From NCBI RefSeq assembly GCF_009914755.1, contig NC_060931.1: a DNA stretch of 64,000 nt; one strand, 5' to 3'. The position numbers and the translations under genes are program-made. Below, one piece after another: positions 19,460 through 34,005 of the stretch. Under the pieces are notes generated by a model that made no database searches, was not told the DNA's origin, and saw only the letters and a program-made list of their open reading frames with translations. Source of the DNA: the human T2T-CHM13v2.0 reference genome, Homo sapiens. Each line of letters opens with the position of its first letter. The first letter of the stretch is position 1.

Positions 19460-20959
19460 TTATAAAACTACTGTCCATACCATTGGCATTAACTTCATGT
19501 TCAATTTGTGTATGCAGCCTTTTTGTGCCAAGATGGAGAACCTGGCTGAGAAGATATGTACCTATAAAAAGGTCCACTTAGAGGCAACTCTTTACATTGA
19601 CTACAAAGATAAAGAACAATGAGCAATTAAAGAACATTGGTTTTGGGGAAAACAGTACTGTGTTTGTTCCTTTTTGTTCCTTTTATTTAATTAGATGACT
19701 ATCAAATTATCTTGGTAACTAAAAAATAGTAGTCAATCTGACAGGAAAGAAAAATAATGCTGGTAGCAGAATTATGCTAAACAGCATTCAAATACGCTCT
19801 AATGGAAAGGTTTCTCAGTTCAGCTGACCTTCATATTTTTACTGGTACAGAGGAAACATACAGCATTTAAGTTGCAATTTGCCCTGACTAGTTATAATTT
19901 ATGTATATCTTGTTTATGTTTAGCTAATATTATAATTCATTGCACACAGGATTCCCATTTATCTGGGACCCATCTCTAAACTGATATTTTGAGTTGATAG
20001 TTTTGAATTAATTGCCTGATATTTCTCAGGCATCATGATATAATATAATCAGAAGGCTTGTGCTGATTCTTGAATTTACTAGCAGTCAAACTTGGAAATG
20101 TCTCTATTTCTTAGTGTCCTAGTTCTCTCAGCTGTTATATGTGAATAATTTGCATTGCATTCCCTGAAGATAAAATATCATAATAGATGGGGAAATGGTT
20201 TTTATACTGCAAAGTGATGTGGTCCTATCATCATCATCAACCTGCTCACATAAGCAGGTCATTTCAGCCACTCAGTGGCTAAAGAGAACTGTCTTCTCTT
20301 TTCTTATATTGCTGATAAACTCTCATGCATTGTGGATATTTTCAGAAGTGTCACCTGTTGTGCATAGGATGTGGCCAGGTGTGGTCTAACGGATCATCTC
20401 TGTGGTTGGAATCAACAAGGCAGAGAATAGAAGCAGTCCCAAGTTTCCCATCATACCATGGAGTGTGAGATTCATTCTAATACTACTTCCACCTGTGGAT
20501 CTCTTCATATAGAAGACATTCAAAGAACAGATCTGCACAGGAGAAAATAAATAGGCTGTTTGGCATAGATAATTTCTATTAAAGGGTGTTGCTTGCTAAC
20601 AGAGTGTCTGGGAAAGCCAGGTAACCTGCACCTGTTGATCAAGGGACAGCTGAGAAACAAAGTCCTTGGGATGCTACATGCCAAAAGGAGGGCACCACTG
20701 ATCCTATGAAAAACTGAGTTTGGTTTGCTCTCTAGCTGAGAAAATAAGTCTCCTGAAATCCAGCTAGCCCTTTGTTTAAGGAACACAGAGTGAGCCCCTA
20801 AGATCTTACTCAAACAGTCCTGATTCTTGTGTGATACAGACTCACTATTCTCTAAGAAGAGACTATTTTACTCCTTAATTCACCAAAACTGGGTCTGTAG
20901 GAAAGCATCTCTATCTTCTGCATCCTGCCAAGTCGTGTCAATTCTGCCTCCTTTGTAAG

Positions 20960-21220
20960 AGGTAGTTTGGTATATAGAGTAAGAGTGTAAGAGTGCATGT
21001 GCTCTGGATCCAGACTGCTGTGGCTCAAACCCAGCTCCTCTGCTTGTTATTCTGTCATCTTCATCGTGTTACTGTCTCTGGGCCTCAGGTTACTCACTTG
21101 CAAAGTACAAATAACAGAAATACCTATCTTATAGATTTTTACATATATCAAACAATATAAAAGATTTGGAGCACTGAGGAGAACACCTCCTATATATTAA
21201 GAACTCAATAACAGTTGCTA
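20960..21220 (+). mobile_element. MIR
   Basis: gctctggatccagactg...ctctgggcctcag...acctatcttatag...ctcaataacagttgctat. Confidence 0.7.
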
Positions 21221-21796
21221 TCTTTATGGACTTATACAAATTTGATCACTAAGCATTTAAGATCTTAAAAAGCAACACTTGCTGACTGAGGTAGGAAGTT
21301 TCCATTTATTGATTATATAGATTGATTCCCTACACTGTGCCAAGTATTTCATCCTCAAATAATTATATGTATATTTTATCTGCAGGTAATTTGAAGCCCT
21401 GAATAACCTTTTGAGGCTACATAGCACTTAGTAGATGAAGGAGATCTCAGGATCATCTGACTCCAAAGTACTGGCTTGCTTTCTTATTCTATGTTCAGAA
21501 GCTCTGTTCTTCCTTCAGTTTTCTGTTTCATTTCTCAATGAGAATGATTTTAAAGCATGCTAGTTTTTATGTGCGTGCCCAGAGGCACTCTAGCAGAGAC
21601 ACAGTTACCCAGAAAAAGATGCGCATGTCTTCTTTATGATCCTCATATATCTATAAAGAAAAAAATCCTTACAAATACACATATATATTCCAATCTTTAC
21701 AATTCCAATAGTAGATACTCACATAGAGACAGAAGAAAGCATTCTTCCATTCACTAATGTGGACATGCACATAAGCATATTAGAAGGTGTCTGTGG

Positions 21797-22103
21797 GCCA
21801 GGTGTGGTGGCTCATTTCTGTAATCCCAACACTGAGAGGCAAAGGTGGGAGGATCACTTTCAGCTCAGGAGTTTGAGACCAACCCAGGCAACATGGTGAA
21901 ATGCCATCTCTACAAACAAACAACCAAACAAAAAAACAGGTGTGGTGGCAGATGCCTGTGGTCTCAGTTACTCAGGAGGCTGTGGTGGGAGGATCATTTG
22001 AGCCCAGTAGGTAAAGGCTGCAGTGAACTGTGATCGTGTGACAGACTCCAGCCTGGGTGACAGAGTGAGACCCTGCCTCAAAAAAAAAAAAAAAAAAAAA
22101 AAG
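21797..22103 (+). mobile_element. AluJ
   Basis: gggaggatcactt, ggaggatcatttgagccc, gagaccctgcctc followed by poly-A. Confidence 0.9.
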
Positions 22104-23979
22104 AAAGGAAAAAAAGACTTGGTGTGAGGAGAACTGGCAGATAAAGCAAGAGTTGATCATAGTATGTGAGATTATCCAACTCAAACTTAGCTATTTAGTC
22201 TCAAATGCCATGAAAAATTAGTTTTGAATCTAGTTTGCTGCTTGAGTGTTGAGAGAAGGAGCTGACCAATAACTACAATGAGTAAGCATAAAAACAGGCT
22301 TCTGGGAGACAGTATGGAGGAGTTCCGTGGAGGACAGTGGGGAAGAAGAACAAACATTGCTTCCTGATCTGTGAAGGTGCCAGAAGTTAAACAACAACAA
22401 CAAAAACAAGACCCCAGAAAACAGAATCAAGTCTACAATAACAAAAAAAGCTCAAGTCTATGGGCAGATATGGTCTGACCTGGAGTCTAGGTGTGTGCAA
22501 TGTGACTTCTTTGAGTGAGTTTTTGATGTGGGGTGAGGAGAAAGGAAATGTGGGAAAGGGCACAGCACCTCTATGTGAGGAGTGGTGTGTGAACCATTCT
22601 AGCAACTCCAGTCCAGCAGAACACAGGGTTTGCTAGCCTTAGGATCAGTGAAACAGATACAGCTGTAGGAATTCAGCACCTGCAGTGACCATAACAGAAA
22701 TTATCCCTCCTTATAACCAGCATCCTTGCAGAACTAACATGACAGCTCATTTGGTGCTGCATTCCAATACATATGAGACCCAGAGAATGACAGCTTTTAC
22801 AAAAATATAAGGACTTCCTGTGACCCACAATATCAACCACTGAATCAAAGTAAATGAATGGGCTGGATTGGGTTGGGATTCCTTGAGCCCAGATACAAAG
22901 TAAGGCATTTTAAATTTGCTTGTACACTGACTATACATCCAGGCTTTTGTAGCCTGAGGGACCAATTTTTATAAACACACTGCACAATATGGTCATAAAT
23001 ATTCTTTACAATACATATATATCTACTTGAGCCAAGGGTCAGAGGAGTCTTCTACTACAATTTAGAAATCATCCATGAAGTGCTGATAATGTAGGTCTAC
23101 ATCAGAGTCCTGAGAAGACAGATGAAACTACATTTCAATGATTGATTTCCTTTATAATCCTGTGTATTTAATTTAATACAGCTAAAATCAATATTGTGAG
23201 ACAGGGTCAGTAGGCTTTGCCCAACTATCACAAGGTAATAGCAATAAATATGTGAACAGAGGAAGAGAAATTGGCAGCTATTGCAGATGCAATTCAAACC
23301 TCAGAAATCCGGAAGTGATAGGCAGGACAGGATCCCTGACCATGGTAGACATGTCCCATGGTAACATAGCTCCCTTTAAAATGATGGCTGGCCCTCACTA
23401 TAAATATAAACATCTTCTCTACTATTCTTTCAAATAATCCATATGCTATGCTTACATTTATATCTCCTGAGGCTCTCTTTTGTGAAATGAATATTCTATT
23501 TATTTCAAATAAAACTCTTTTAAAATTATCACATTATTTATACTAGCATATTCACTTATTAGATTTGTAATAGCTCTCCAGAGATGGTCGCAAACATGCA
23601 TGAGATTAATTTAAGCATCTACTATTTTTCACACATGTCAAAATAAGTTATATCGGGGAAAATAATGCATATTTCTTACCTGATTAGAATTTTCAGGATC
23701 GTATATCATCTTCAGTGAGTACTAATTGCTACTAACTGGCATTTGATTGAAGTGGTGAAAAGGTGGATTCATTCTGTTTCACTAATTGATTCAAGTTGGA
23801 TTTTGCCCAAGTCTTATAAGCTAAATATCCAATAATAAGGGAATGATTAATTGAATCTCAGCACATCCATATGACAGAATAATGTGAAGCCATTAAAATG
23901 GTATTTTAGAAGAATGCTTAGTAAAATTGGGAAATGCTTATAATAAATTTATTATTACTACATGGAGAATAAAATCTAC

Positions 23980-24840
23980 ATTCATCATTCTGGACTCTAA
24001 GGTCCTACATAATCTGTCCCCTGCTTAACTCTACTTCCTATCTTACCCATCTGTCTCCTTCCATATCACAATTTATCCACACTGGTCTTTGTTTTACTTC
24101 CAGAACATACCCTGACTTTTCTGCTGTCAGAACTTCACATTAGCTGTTCCCCATGCCTGGAACGCACCTCCCTATGTCTTCACCTGAATGATGCCTTCTT
24201 TTCACTGAAAAGGTCCTTTTGTAACCACTATATTTAGTATAGTGATATACTAGACTTACTTTCTAGTATATCACTTTGTATTTTCTAGTATACTACTTAT
24301 TAACTTCTCACTATCTGATACCGCCTTACTTATTTTTAGGTTTTTTTTTTTTTTTTTACACTTCCTACTAAAATGCAAGCTTCTTGAAAGCAGGGACATA
24401 GTCTATGTTAATTTTTTATTTTTTTATTACATAGTAGGTGGTAGGTGTATATATTTCTGGGTTACATGAGAGATATTTTGATACAGGCATATGATGCATA
24501 ATAATCACATCAGGGTAAATGGAATATTCATCACCTCAAGCATTTGTCCTTTGTGTTACCCAATCCAATTATACATTTATTTTAAAATGTACAATTAAAT
24601 CATTATTGTCTATAGTCACTCTGTTGTGCTGTTGAATACTAGATCTTATTTACTGTACTTTTTGTACCCATTAACGATCCCCATTTCCTCCCCACTTGCC
24701 CACTACCCTTCCCAGCCTCAGGTAACCATCATTCTACTCTCGATGTCTGATGTTGTCTCTCTTGTTCACTGTTTTATTCCCAGAACCTGGGAAAATGCCT
24801 GACACATAGTAAAGATCCAATATGTGTTTTTTAAATAAAT
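23980..24840 (+). mobile_element. L2 3' end, split by an L1MA fragment
   Basis: gctgttccccatgcctggaacgc; aatgcaagcttcttgaaagcagggac; resumes cttgttcactg...tgcctgacacatagta. Confidence 0.72.
24410..24748 (-). mobile_element. L1MA1-3-like 3' end fragment
   Basis: gatattttgatacaggcat...aataatcacatcagggtaaatgg...catcacctcaagcattt; cccagcctcaggtaaccatc. Confidence 0.8.
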
Positions 24841-25479
24841 ACACCTGTAATTATTTTAAGTTTCAAAAGTAAAAATGCTCATTTTAGAATTTTTAATAAT
24901 ATAAAGAAGTAAAAAGAGAATTCAAAATTATCAATGACTTTATCTGGAGGTACTCATTGTACACTTGTTGGTATATGTTAGGGCACAGACAAGTAAATGT
25001 ATAGCAGCTGGAATCATCTAACTGCACCCCTGTTTTATAATCTTCTTTTCCTTATATTCTTCCCTCTTTTCCCTTTAGCAAAATAAAATAAATTTCCCTC
25101 ATAGACTCATGTATAACAGTCTGGTGATAATTTCCTTGGAATCACTCTGCATAGTTTGTCAATGTAGTTTTTGCCAATAGTAAAAAAAAAGCAAAAAGCA
25201 AAAAGCAGTACTCTCCCAAAGAGGAATTTTGGTACTCATATTTTTCTGCACTTCTGAAATGTGGAATGGAGCACAACATGGAGACCGTGTTGAGTGCTGT
25301 GGGGACAGACAAGAGACACAAACACTTTCTCCTTTTTGGTGGGTCAAAGAATGCTTACCTTCAGAAGGATGTGAGTTCTCAGCTGAGACCTGAAGTGTAT
25401 CTAGATCAGCTACAGTAGATTCATAAGGTTTGGAACCTGTAGGTTGGGAGAGGCAGGGAATTCTAAAGTCCCTCTGACC

Positions 25480-25720
25480 TCTGGGTCATTAATCACATCT
25501 CCTTTTCTGACCCTGACTCTCCTGTCTCCCTCTTATAAAATCTCTTGTGATTACACTGAAACCACCTGGAAAATCTAGTATAATCTACCTGTCTCAAGAC
25601 TCTTGACTTAGTCACATGTGCAAAATCCCTTTTTAGATGGAATATACCATATTTACAGGTTGTGAGAATTAAGCCATGAACATCTTAATTGGGTGGGGGA
25701 AGTTACTATTCTGCCTACTA
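25480..25720 (-). mobile_element. MLT1D-like LTR fragment
   Basis: cttgtgattacac...cacctgg...tcacatgtgcaaaatccctttt...attctgcctacta. Confidence 0.7.
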
Positions 25721-26331
25721 TGGTTCTGTATCATCAATCGAATCAATTCAACGGGGAGCTTATTACTTTTAATTTTATGCTGTCATTTCCTCATCTGTAA
25801 AAGGTAATAAGAGTTCTACAACAACTTAGGTTTGTTCTGAAGAGTAAATGCTTTGAAGGTTCTGGCACATATCAGATACTTAAGAAGCTATTATTATTGC
25901 AGCAAATAATATGATTTTACAAATACCCTCATGGAGTTAAAAATTACACCACCCACGTATATTGATGGAATGTGGTAGGACTTATGAGGCAATATATGAG
26001 AATTTAATAAGATATAATACCATAGTAATTTATTCTAGATACATATATACCCAAATTATGAATGATATAGTTTTTGAATTACCCTTGAAGAGTTATTAAT
26101 ATTTTAGCAACTCTAGAAGAAAATGATGAACATGTTTTTTGGAACATTAACTTATTTTCCCATCTTTGACAAGGTAAAGATATCTACATTTGCATATTTT
26201 CAGTCTACTTTTTTTCTCTATGATCAAGAAGATTCTTATGTTTTTCTATTGTGATTCTATATCCTCATCCACATCTAGTGAGTACCTGCTTTGTGTCTGC
26301 TATGCCTTTGGGCTTTTTGTAATGTAGATTT

Positions 26332-26622
26332 ATTTTTTTTTTGTAAGATGGAGTCTCTGTCACCCAGGCTGAAGTGCAGTGGTTTGATCTTGGCTTACTG
26401 CAACCTCCACCTCTTGGGTTCAAGTGATTCTTCTGCCTCAGCCTCCTGAGTAGCTGGGGTTACAGGTGCCTGCCACCACGCCTGGCTAATTTTTGTATCT
26501 TTAGTAGCGACGGGTTTTCACCCTTCCAACCAGGCTGGTCTTGAACTCCTGACCTCAAGTGATTCACCCACCTAAGCTTCCCAAAGTGCTGGGATTACAG
26601 GTGTGAGCCACTGCACCTGTCC
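26332..26622 (-). mobile_element. AluSx/Sz-like
   Basis: Full antisense dimer; TSD tgt(a/g)atgtag.ttt. Confidence 0.92.
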
Positions 26623-26709
26623 TGTGATGTAGTTTTAAGATAACAAATAGAGATAAAAACAAGGAGAGCATCATGAATTTTGGACAACAAATAGAAAGAG
26701 ACACACCCA

Positions 26710-26995
<286 letters not shown>

Positions 26996-28416
26996 AAAGA
27001 GACAAACACATAAATCGAGCATCATTGAAAAGGGCCTGCATACTCAAAAAAGAGTAGAAAGAATCGTGGCTAAAAAAAAACCAGTAGGAATTCAGAGTTG
27101 TAGGGGAGAGATTTTGAGGAAATCGGTTGTGATTCAAGGGAAAGATATTTCTAATGACAGAAGTATAAAATTTGATAAAGCTGTTCAGAACAAAGAGAAT
27201 ATGTTTCTTACCCTTTGACATTATCTGAGAGATGACAGTAAACAGCAATGTTTTTTTCATTACTTTCAGTTGCTAGATATTATTTTGTCCCATCCAACTC
27301 CATGCTTGGGCTGGCATGTGGGGCTTCATTTTTGTTTGAATTATACATCATCCAGTGGATATGTTATATTCTCTTCAAGTCTCATAAACCCATTGCATGT
27401 CATTCACACTCATCAAACCATTTGCAGTCCATCCGTCTTCTCCTCCAGCAATCTTTATCATTCCCTATATCTTTTTTTCTGAACAGAGAAACTGACCCTT
27501 CCTCTGTTTACGTTCACTTTTTCCAACTGTTCAGAAATATTAATCTCACCTTCAATCTACAAACATGTCCTCTAAACATACAACCATGTTTCCTTGTAAG
27601 CAGCTACCCTCATTTTCTCCCTTCTATAAACAAACTTTGTTAGAGAACCTACAAAACCACTTATTTTCTTTCATTTCTTATTTTCTAGTAAACTCACTTG
27701 GATATGATTTCTGTTTTTAATATGATAGACATGCACCTGCAATCGTTAAATCCAGTGATTGCCTTTTATTTAGTTAGGCTGCTCTATAGAATGATAACAT
27801 TGATCATGCTTTTCTTCCTTCACTGTAACACATTATTTTATTACCCACCCTTCAGCTCACTGATCATTGTCTTTCTGGCTTTCTTCCAGCCGTATCTCAA
27901 TAGTTGGTGCATCCCATGGTTTCATCTTTGCTCCTTAACTCATATAGACATGATTTGTGTGTGCTATTATTCTCTTATGCAGATTTTCTTAACAGCAATA
28001 GACATTCTTAAATAAGCAAAACTAAAAAGGCCAAAGTAAATTTGTCCCTAAAGTTTCCTGTGTTTCCTGTTTCATTAAATGAAGCCAATGACATTATTAT
28101 TCACGAGGTGTCCAAACACAAAAGCTCAAACATTTTTGAAATGCCTTCCTTCAACCTCGTATCAGTTGTTACCAAGTCATTCTTATTATTCTGCCTATGT
28201 TAAATATGAAATTACTTTCCTCCACTCCATAGCTCTATCAGTGCAGGCTTCTTTTCCCAATTGTCTCAGTTATCCCTGAACTGAGAGATCTCTTGTGATG
28301 TCTCATCCTCTATGTCTTCCTTTCCACAGATTTGAGCACAATATCCTCTACTTTAACACTTATTTCAAATATTGGACAGAAAAGAATGATACATAAGACC
28401 TTTACAATATGGCCAC

Positions 28417-28791
28417 TGATATGGATTAAATATTTCTGTCCCCCTTTTCCCAATTTTTATGTTGTGGTCCTAATCCCCAATGTGATAATGTTTGAAGGTG
28501 GGACCTTGGAGAGGTTGATTGGATTTGGATGAAGTCATGGGGATAGTGCTCCTGTAATGGGATTGGTGCATTATAAGCGGATGAGGAGACCAGAACTCTC
28601 TCTGGGAGATGTGAAGATGTAGTGAGAAGGTGACTGTGTATAAGCCAGGAAGAGGGCCTTTAGCAGAACCTGACCATTCTGGCACCCTGATCTTGGACTT
28701 CCAGTCTCCAGACCACTGAGAAATAAACATTCGTAGTTTAAGTTACCCAGTCTATGGTATCTTATTATATCAGCCTGAGAAAATTAATACA
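28417..28791 (+). mobile_element. MLT1A solo LTR
   Basis: TG...CA termini (tgatatgga...taataca); aataaa near 3' end; 5-bp TSD gccac/accac. Confidence 0.82.
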
Positions 28792-30249
28792 ACCACAAAT
28801 TCCTTTTCTTAATTTGCCAAGCCACATCTCATTTTTAACTATACTAACTTATTTTTTAAACATATGCAGAGCTGAGAGGTACCACTATTCAAATATCATT
28901 AAAAAGCTTTCTAAAGGCACACAAACGCATGAGTTCAGGCAGTGTACCACAACTGTAAATGCTGGAAAGAAGCTCTAATGGACAAAGCACTTGAGTACAG
29001 GCAGTAGCAAGAGGCTGGCTGAGTCTGTGACACTCCAGAGGCATGGCTGTAAACATTTGACAGCACTAATAGTGGCTCAGAAAGGGCTAACCACTGGCAA
29101 CAGTGGAAAAAAAATAGTTACTCCACATTTTTACAACTGACATTGCTATTTCTGAAACCTTCCTCTTCTTTCCCTTTCTCTATGTTGTAATAGGAATTCA
29201 GGTATTGACATGTCTCAAGTATGATTAATAAGTAATTCATGCAAGAAATATTCTATGAATATGAAAAATATTTGAGGGCAAAGAGTGATTACTTTTGTTC
29301 CCATTAGTCTCATAATGACAGCCTGTTCTGACATAAGTTAGCTCTGGCTAGTCTCAACCAAAATATTTTCAGGTACAGTTCATCTGAAGTTTTAAGTTAT
29401 TCTCAAATAGATGATATCATCTACAGTAGCATGCTCAAATACCGTAATACTCATTGTGTGGGGGAGCAATTAAAACTGAAGGTGATTCAGGTGAATATAT
29501 TGCTTGGCTTTAGAAACTGGAACTGCAAAATGGATTCTTAAGAATGTGAGTCTAGTAAAAGAAACGAGAATGAACACTGACAAATAAGAGATGAATAGTG
29601 GCAGAAAGAATTAGAAGTCATAATGATACTTTTAGAAAAGGAAATTAGAGCAGAAAAAAAAAAGTAACCCTAGCAACAAAAAGAACTGTAAACATTTTTA
29701 GAGATAGGAAGAAAGAAAAAAAATCATGGTAACTGAAAAAAAAAAAAAAATAGGTACTTTACATTAGAGGAGTGTATTTTTTACTAATATATTTACTCAC
29801 ACACACACTTAGAATAGGAAATCTATCCAACAATTCAGCAAAAGACAACAAATTATTTTAAGGAAGCCAAAAAGTAAAATAAAAAAATTCCGATTAACCT
29901 TCTTGGAAAAAGTATTCTAATATCAAAACTTTATTATTTTTTCTTTTTTACTAAAAAAACCTCTAGAGTTAGAAGTTAACCTTTAATTGCATAGTGTCAT
30001 TTTACATTCAGCATTACATAATTTGAATAGTCTTACTCAATTTTATAAGCTGACAATTATAAGGAGATTGCTTTTAAATGGCCTCAGGCTTTAACTAGGC
30101 TAGGATCCTCTTTGGTTTGGAAAGCACAACATCTCATTGAGCATTACCCAGGAATCTGATCATTATTTCAAAAAAAAAGAAATCTCATTTTTTATGGCCA
30201 GAGAGAATCAGATAGGAGAATTTCTGCATGAAAATGTAATTGTATCATC

Positions 30250-31260
30250 CAAGCTGATGAGGTGGAGGGGGAAAATGTAACCATTTGAAAGACGTTTTGG
30301 TTGTGTGTTACATGAAGCTGAACATAGACTTACCATACAATCCAGAAATCACACTCCTCGTTATTTACTCAATACTCAAGAAAGGGTTCAATTGGGCCCA
30401 AAGATGTAGAAGAATAAATGTGAAAACAGAATCGTGTCAACTATATTAAATTCCTAACATATATTCAATGCATTTAAAAAAACTCTCACAAATGAAATCC
30501 TGATACCAGATGCCTCCACTGGTGTATTCTTCCATTTATTTCTGAATAAATTACCCCGATCTTAAACAAACTCTTCTGAATTATAGGAAAATGGCTCTTT
30601 TTTATGAGGTCACCGCAATCTTGATTGTAAAATCTGACAAGGATATCACCCACTCTGTAATTCCAAAAGTTTCTCTCATGATATAGTTATAAAAATCCTA
30701 AACAAGATAACAAAGCAAACTCACAGAATGATTTAACATAAAAAATATGTCAATGCTATTTACCATAATAACTACAAAAAAGATTAAAAATGATTATCTC
30801 AAAATAAGTTTTTAAGATGCCTTTGCTGAATTCAATACCCATTCATAATTTAAAAACAATTAATAGTATGTTAGGTGTACAAAGAATTGTCTTTTATGAA
30901 ATAAAGACTGTCTGCAAAAATCTAAGAGCATTCATATTTGATGGTAAAATATGAAAACTTTCTTCCCTTCTGCCCTCTTTCTTTTCCCACTACTTCAGAT
31001 AGTGCACAAAGGAAAAATCACCCCTATCATTACTTTTGTTCTACATCTCACTATAGGGTTTAGCCAGGACAATATAACAAAAGAAACAAAATAAAACAAA
31101 TCAAACACAAAATAGAGAAAAGAAAAAAAGAAACAAAAGTAGAGATCATGTGCATAGAAAAGGAGAAAGAAAATTCTTATAATTTGCCTATCAATGGTTA
31201 TATAGTTAGAAAATAAAAAATCCATGAATTATAATAAATTTAATAAGATTGCTTTACATA
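30250..31260 (+). mobile_element. Old L1M ORF2 fragments
   Basis: acttaccatacaatccagaaatcacactcct; ccagatgcctccactggtg; aaaatctgacaagga; attcaatacccattcataatt; boundaries approximate. Confidence 0.6.
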
Positions 31261-33275
31261 CTGTTTTGCACAGTGCTTACAGATGCTTTACTAAGAAAGG
31301 TGAAAACAGCAAATACACAGATAAAACTCTGTGTCAGCATTTGGCAGCATTTAGCTGTCATGAGACTTCCTGAAGGTAAGACTTAAATCAGTAGTTCATG
31401 TAAACTGTGCTGGTGTGCAATGTTAATGCCACCCGTCTCACTGCCGGGTGAGTGCAACATGATTCTTTACAGGGCTGAGGACTGGAGTGCATTCTCGTAT
31501 TTTCAAATTAATGTTAATTCTATCTCATTTTAAATGTAGACATTTTATCACCAGCTTTTGTATCAGCAAGGGAGATTCTAGTCTTGGCAATAGCCTCAAG
31601 TCTGATTTCAACATTACCCAAATGATGGTGATGTTCACGCTTCTCATCAAATGAAACTTTCATCTGTTTTTAAAGCAATCTACAGAATATTTATCTCTCA
31701 GTTGCTTCATCAAAAAGAGCTCCCAAGAGGTGGTAAAAATTATTTTCGCACTATCACAGTGAGATTTAATGACATTTTAAATAAATAACAATATCCTGTT
31801 TACACATAATAAAGTATTACATTTATAGCGTTTTGGCTTAGATTTATAAAAATTCACTAAACCAGTGATGAAAATCAGGATTTATAATTGTTCTATTATT
31901 ATTTCTGAAACTATTTATGGTAGGAAAGGTTAGTGACTGCTGCTGGCACTGTGGTAGCAGAAAGTTAATGATTCTCTTGTCTTTTAGTGGAGTTAGACTG
32001 TAGTTCATGTGTAAAACAATACCTCCAGGCTGTGCTTTAAATGCTGAGCTCATTTATCTCTCATCAGTTAGGTAAATGAGATGCGGAAGTGGCTCCTGGT
32101 TTCTAAATAACTTTTTATACACTACTGAAAGCCTTAAAGGGTACTAAAATGCTTTCTCTTGTTAATGAAATTTCACTCATATAATCCATTCCTTAGTCTA
32201 GGAGACTCATTTTTTTTTTTTAAGCTTCCAGGCAGGCTGCTGATTTCACACTTATGCCAATGTTTATAAGTTCATTTTTATTACAGATTTACTTGTTTAT
32301 ATGAGGATATTTCCAAAATATATGTACCATAGTTATGTAAAGTGTTAACATTAGGGGTAGCTGAGTGAAAACTATGCTGTCTTTTCATCTCTTTGGTAAA
32401 TCTGAAATTATTCGAAAAGAAAAGATCTAAAAAATTACACACCAAAATACTCTCCTTTTACCCCTCAAAATAAGAAGATAGTTCTGATCAGCATATTTTG
32501 TACTTATTTTATTATTATAATGTGGAATGCTTTCAAATTTACGTGTCATGCATGTGTGACTAGCATAAGTTTTTAAATGTGTATTCAAGAAGTTTATAAA
32601 GATTGCCACAAAAATAATGCCTAGTAAGTAGTTACAGCCCAAACATTCCAACTGCCACTCTACATTTCTTTCTCACACATCACTATCAACACTATGATAG
32701 TTGAAGACCAAAAATAAATATCGTTGAGTGAATGTCTCTGTGTAATCTATAGTATGATCCTCAAGGGCCACCATTATTGTGCTGGAGAGAGCACACTGTC
32801 TTTCATTCACAGAAAGAAAATTAACTTTATTGCGGTCCCTCAACCTTTTAGTGTTTCCTATTCCACAGACAAAAACTCTCAGGCAGAGCAGAATTATTTT
32901 CTCTCCTTCACTTAGATAAATTCTAAGGACAAAGGAAATACTTACGAAATTGTTTTTGGATAGATCAGTGTGTGAGTATAAGTGATTGAGCTATACATTC
33001 AGAAAAAAGTAAGACACAATTTCCAATTTAAGACCTCATCTCTGTATGGAGGTTGTGATCCTTAATTTTGTGTGGCCTGGGCCATAGGAGGCTCCAGATA
33101 TTTGACTGAGCATTATTCTGGGTGTGTGGGTGAGGGTGAAGGTGTTTCTGGATAGGATTAACATTTGAATTGGTAGACTGAGTAAAGCAGATTACCCTCC
33201 CACACGTGTGTGACCCTCATGCAATCCACTGAAGGCGTTAATAGAAGAAAAAGTCTGAGAAAGGAGAATTTACTC

Positions 33276-33747
33276 TGTGAACCCCAAATATCTGAGAGAG
33301 GTATCAGTTAATTTAGATTGTTTATTTTGCCAAGATTGAAGATGCATGCCTGTGACACAGGCTTAGCAGGTCCTGATGACATGTGCCCAAGGTGGTCAGG
33401 GCACAGCTTGGTTTTATACACTTGAGGGAGACATGAAACATCAATTAAAATATGTAAGATGAACATTGGTTCAGTCTGGAAAGCTGGGACAACTCAAAGC
33501 AAAGGGGGGACAACTCACAGCAGGGAGGGGGCTTCCAGGTCATGGGTAGATAAGGGACAAATGGTTACATTCTTTTGAGTTTCTGATTAGCCTCTCCAAA
33601 GGAGGCAATCAACCATGCATTTATCTCAGTAAGAGGACTGGTTACTTTGAATAGAATGGGAGGCAGGTTTGCCCTAAGCAGTTCCCAGCTTGACTTTTCC
33701 CTTTTGCTTAGTGATTTTGGGGCCCCAAGGTTTATTTTCCTTTCACA
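33276..33747 (-). mobile_element. MER4A-type (ERV1) solo LTR nested in MLT2
   Basis: Reverse complement begins TGTGAAAGGAAAATAAACCTTGGGGCCCCAAAATCACTAAGC and ends GGGGTTCACA; AATAAA on - strand at 33321-33326. Confidence 0.88.
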
Positions 33748-33984
33748 GTTCTCTCTGCCTGACTATCTTCAAGTGGAGACAATAGTCTTCTCTTGCTATC
33801 AAAGTCAGAATCAGACTTAGACTCAGACTGGAATTCACACCATTAGCTTTCCTTGTCTCAGACCTTTAGGCTCCAGACTAGTTCGATGGCATTGGCTCTC
33901 CTAAGCCTTCAGATTGCTGATCTCAAGTTGTGGGACTTAAGTCTCCATAACTGCATAAGCCAATTCCTTATAAAAAAAAATCTC

Positions 33985-34005
33985 TGTGTGTGTGTATGTG
34001 TATGC

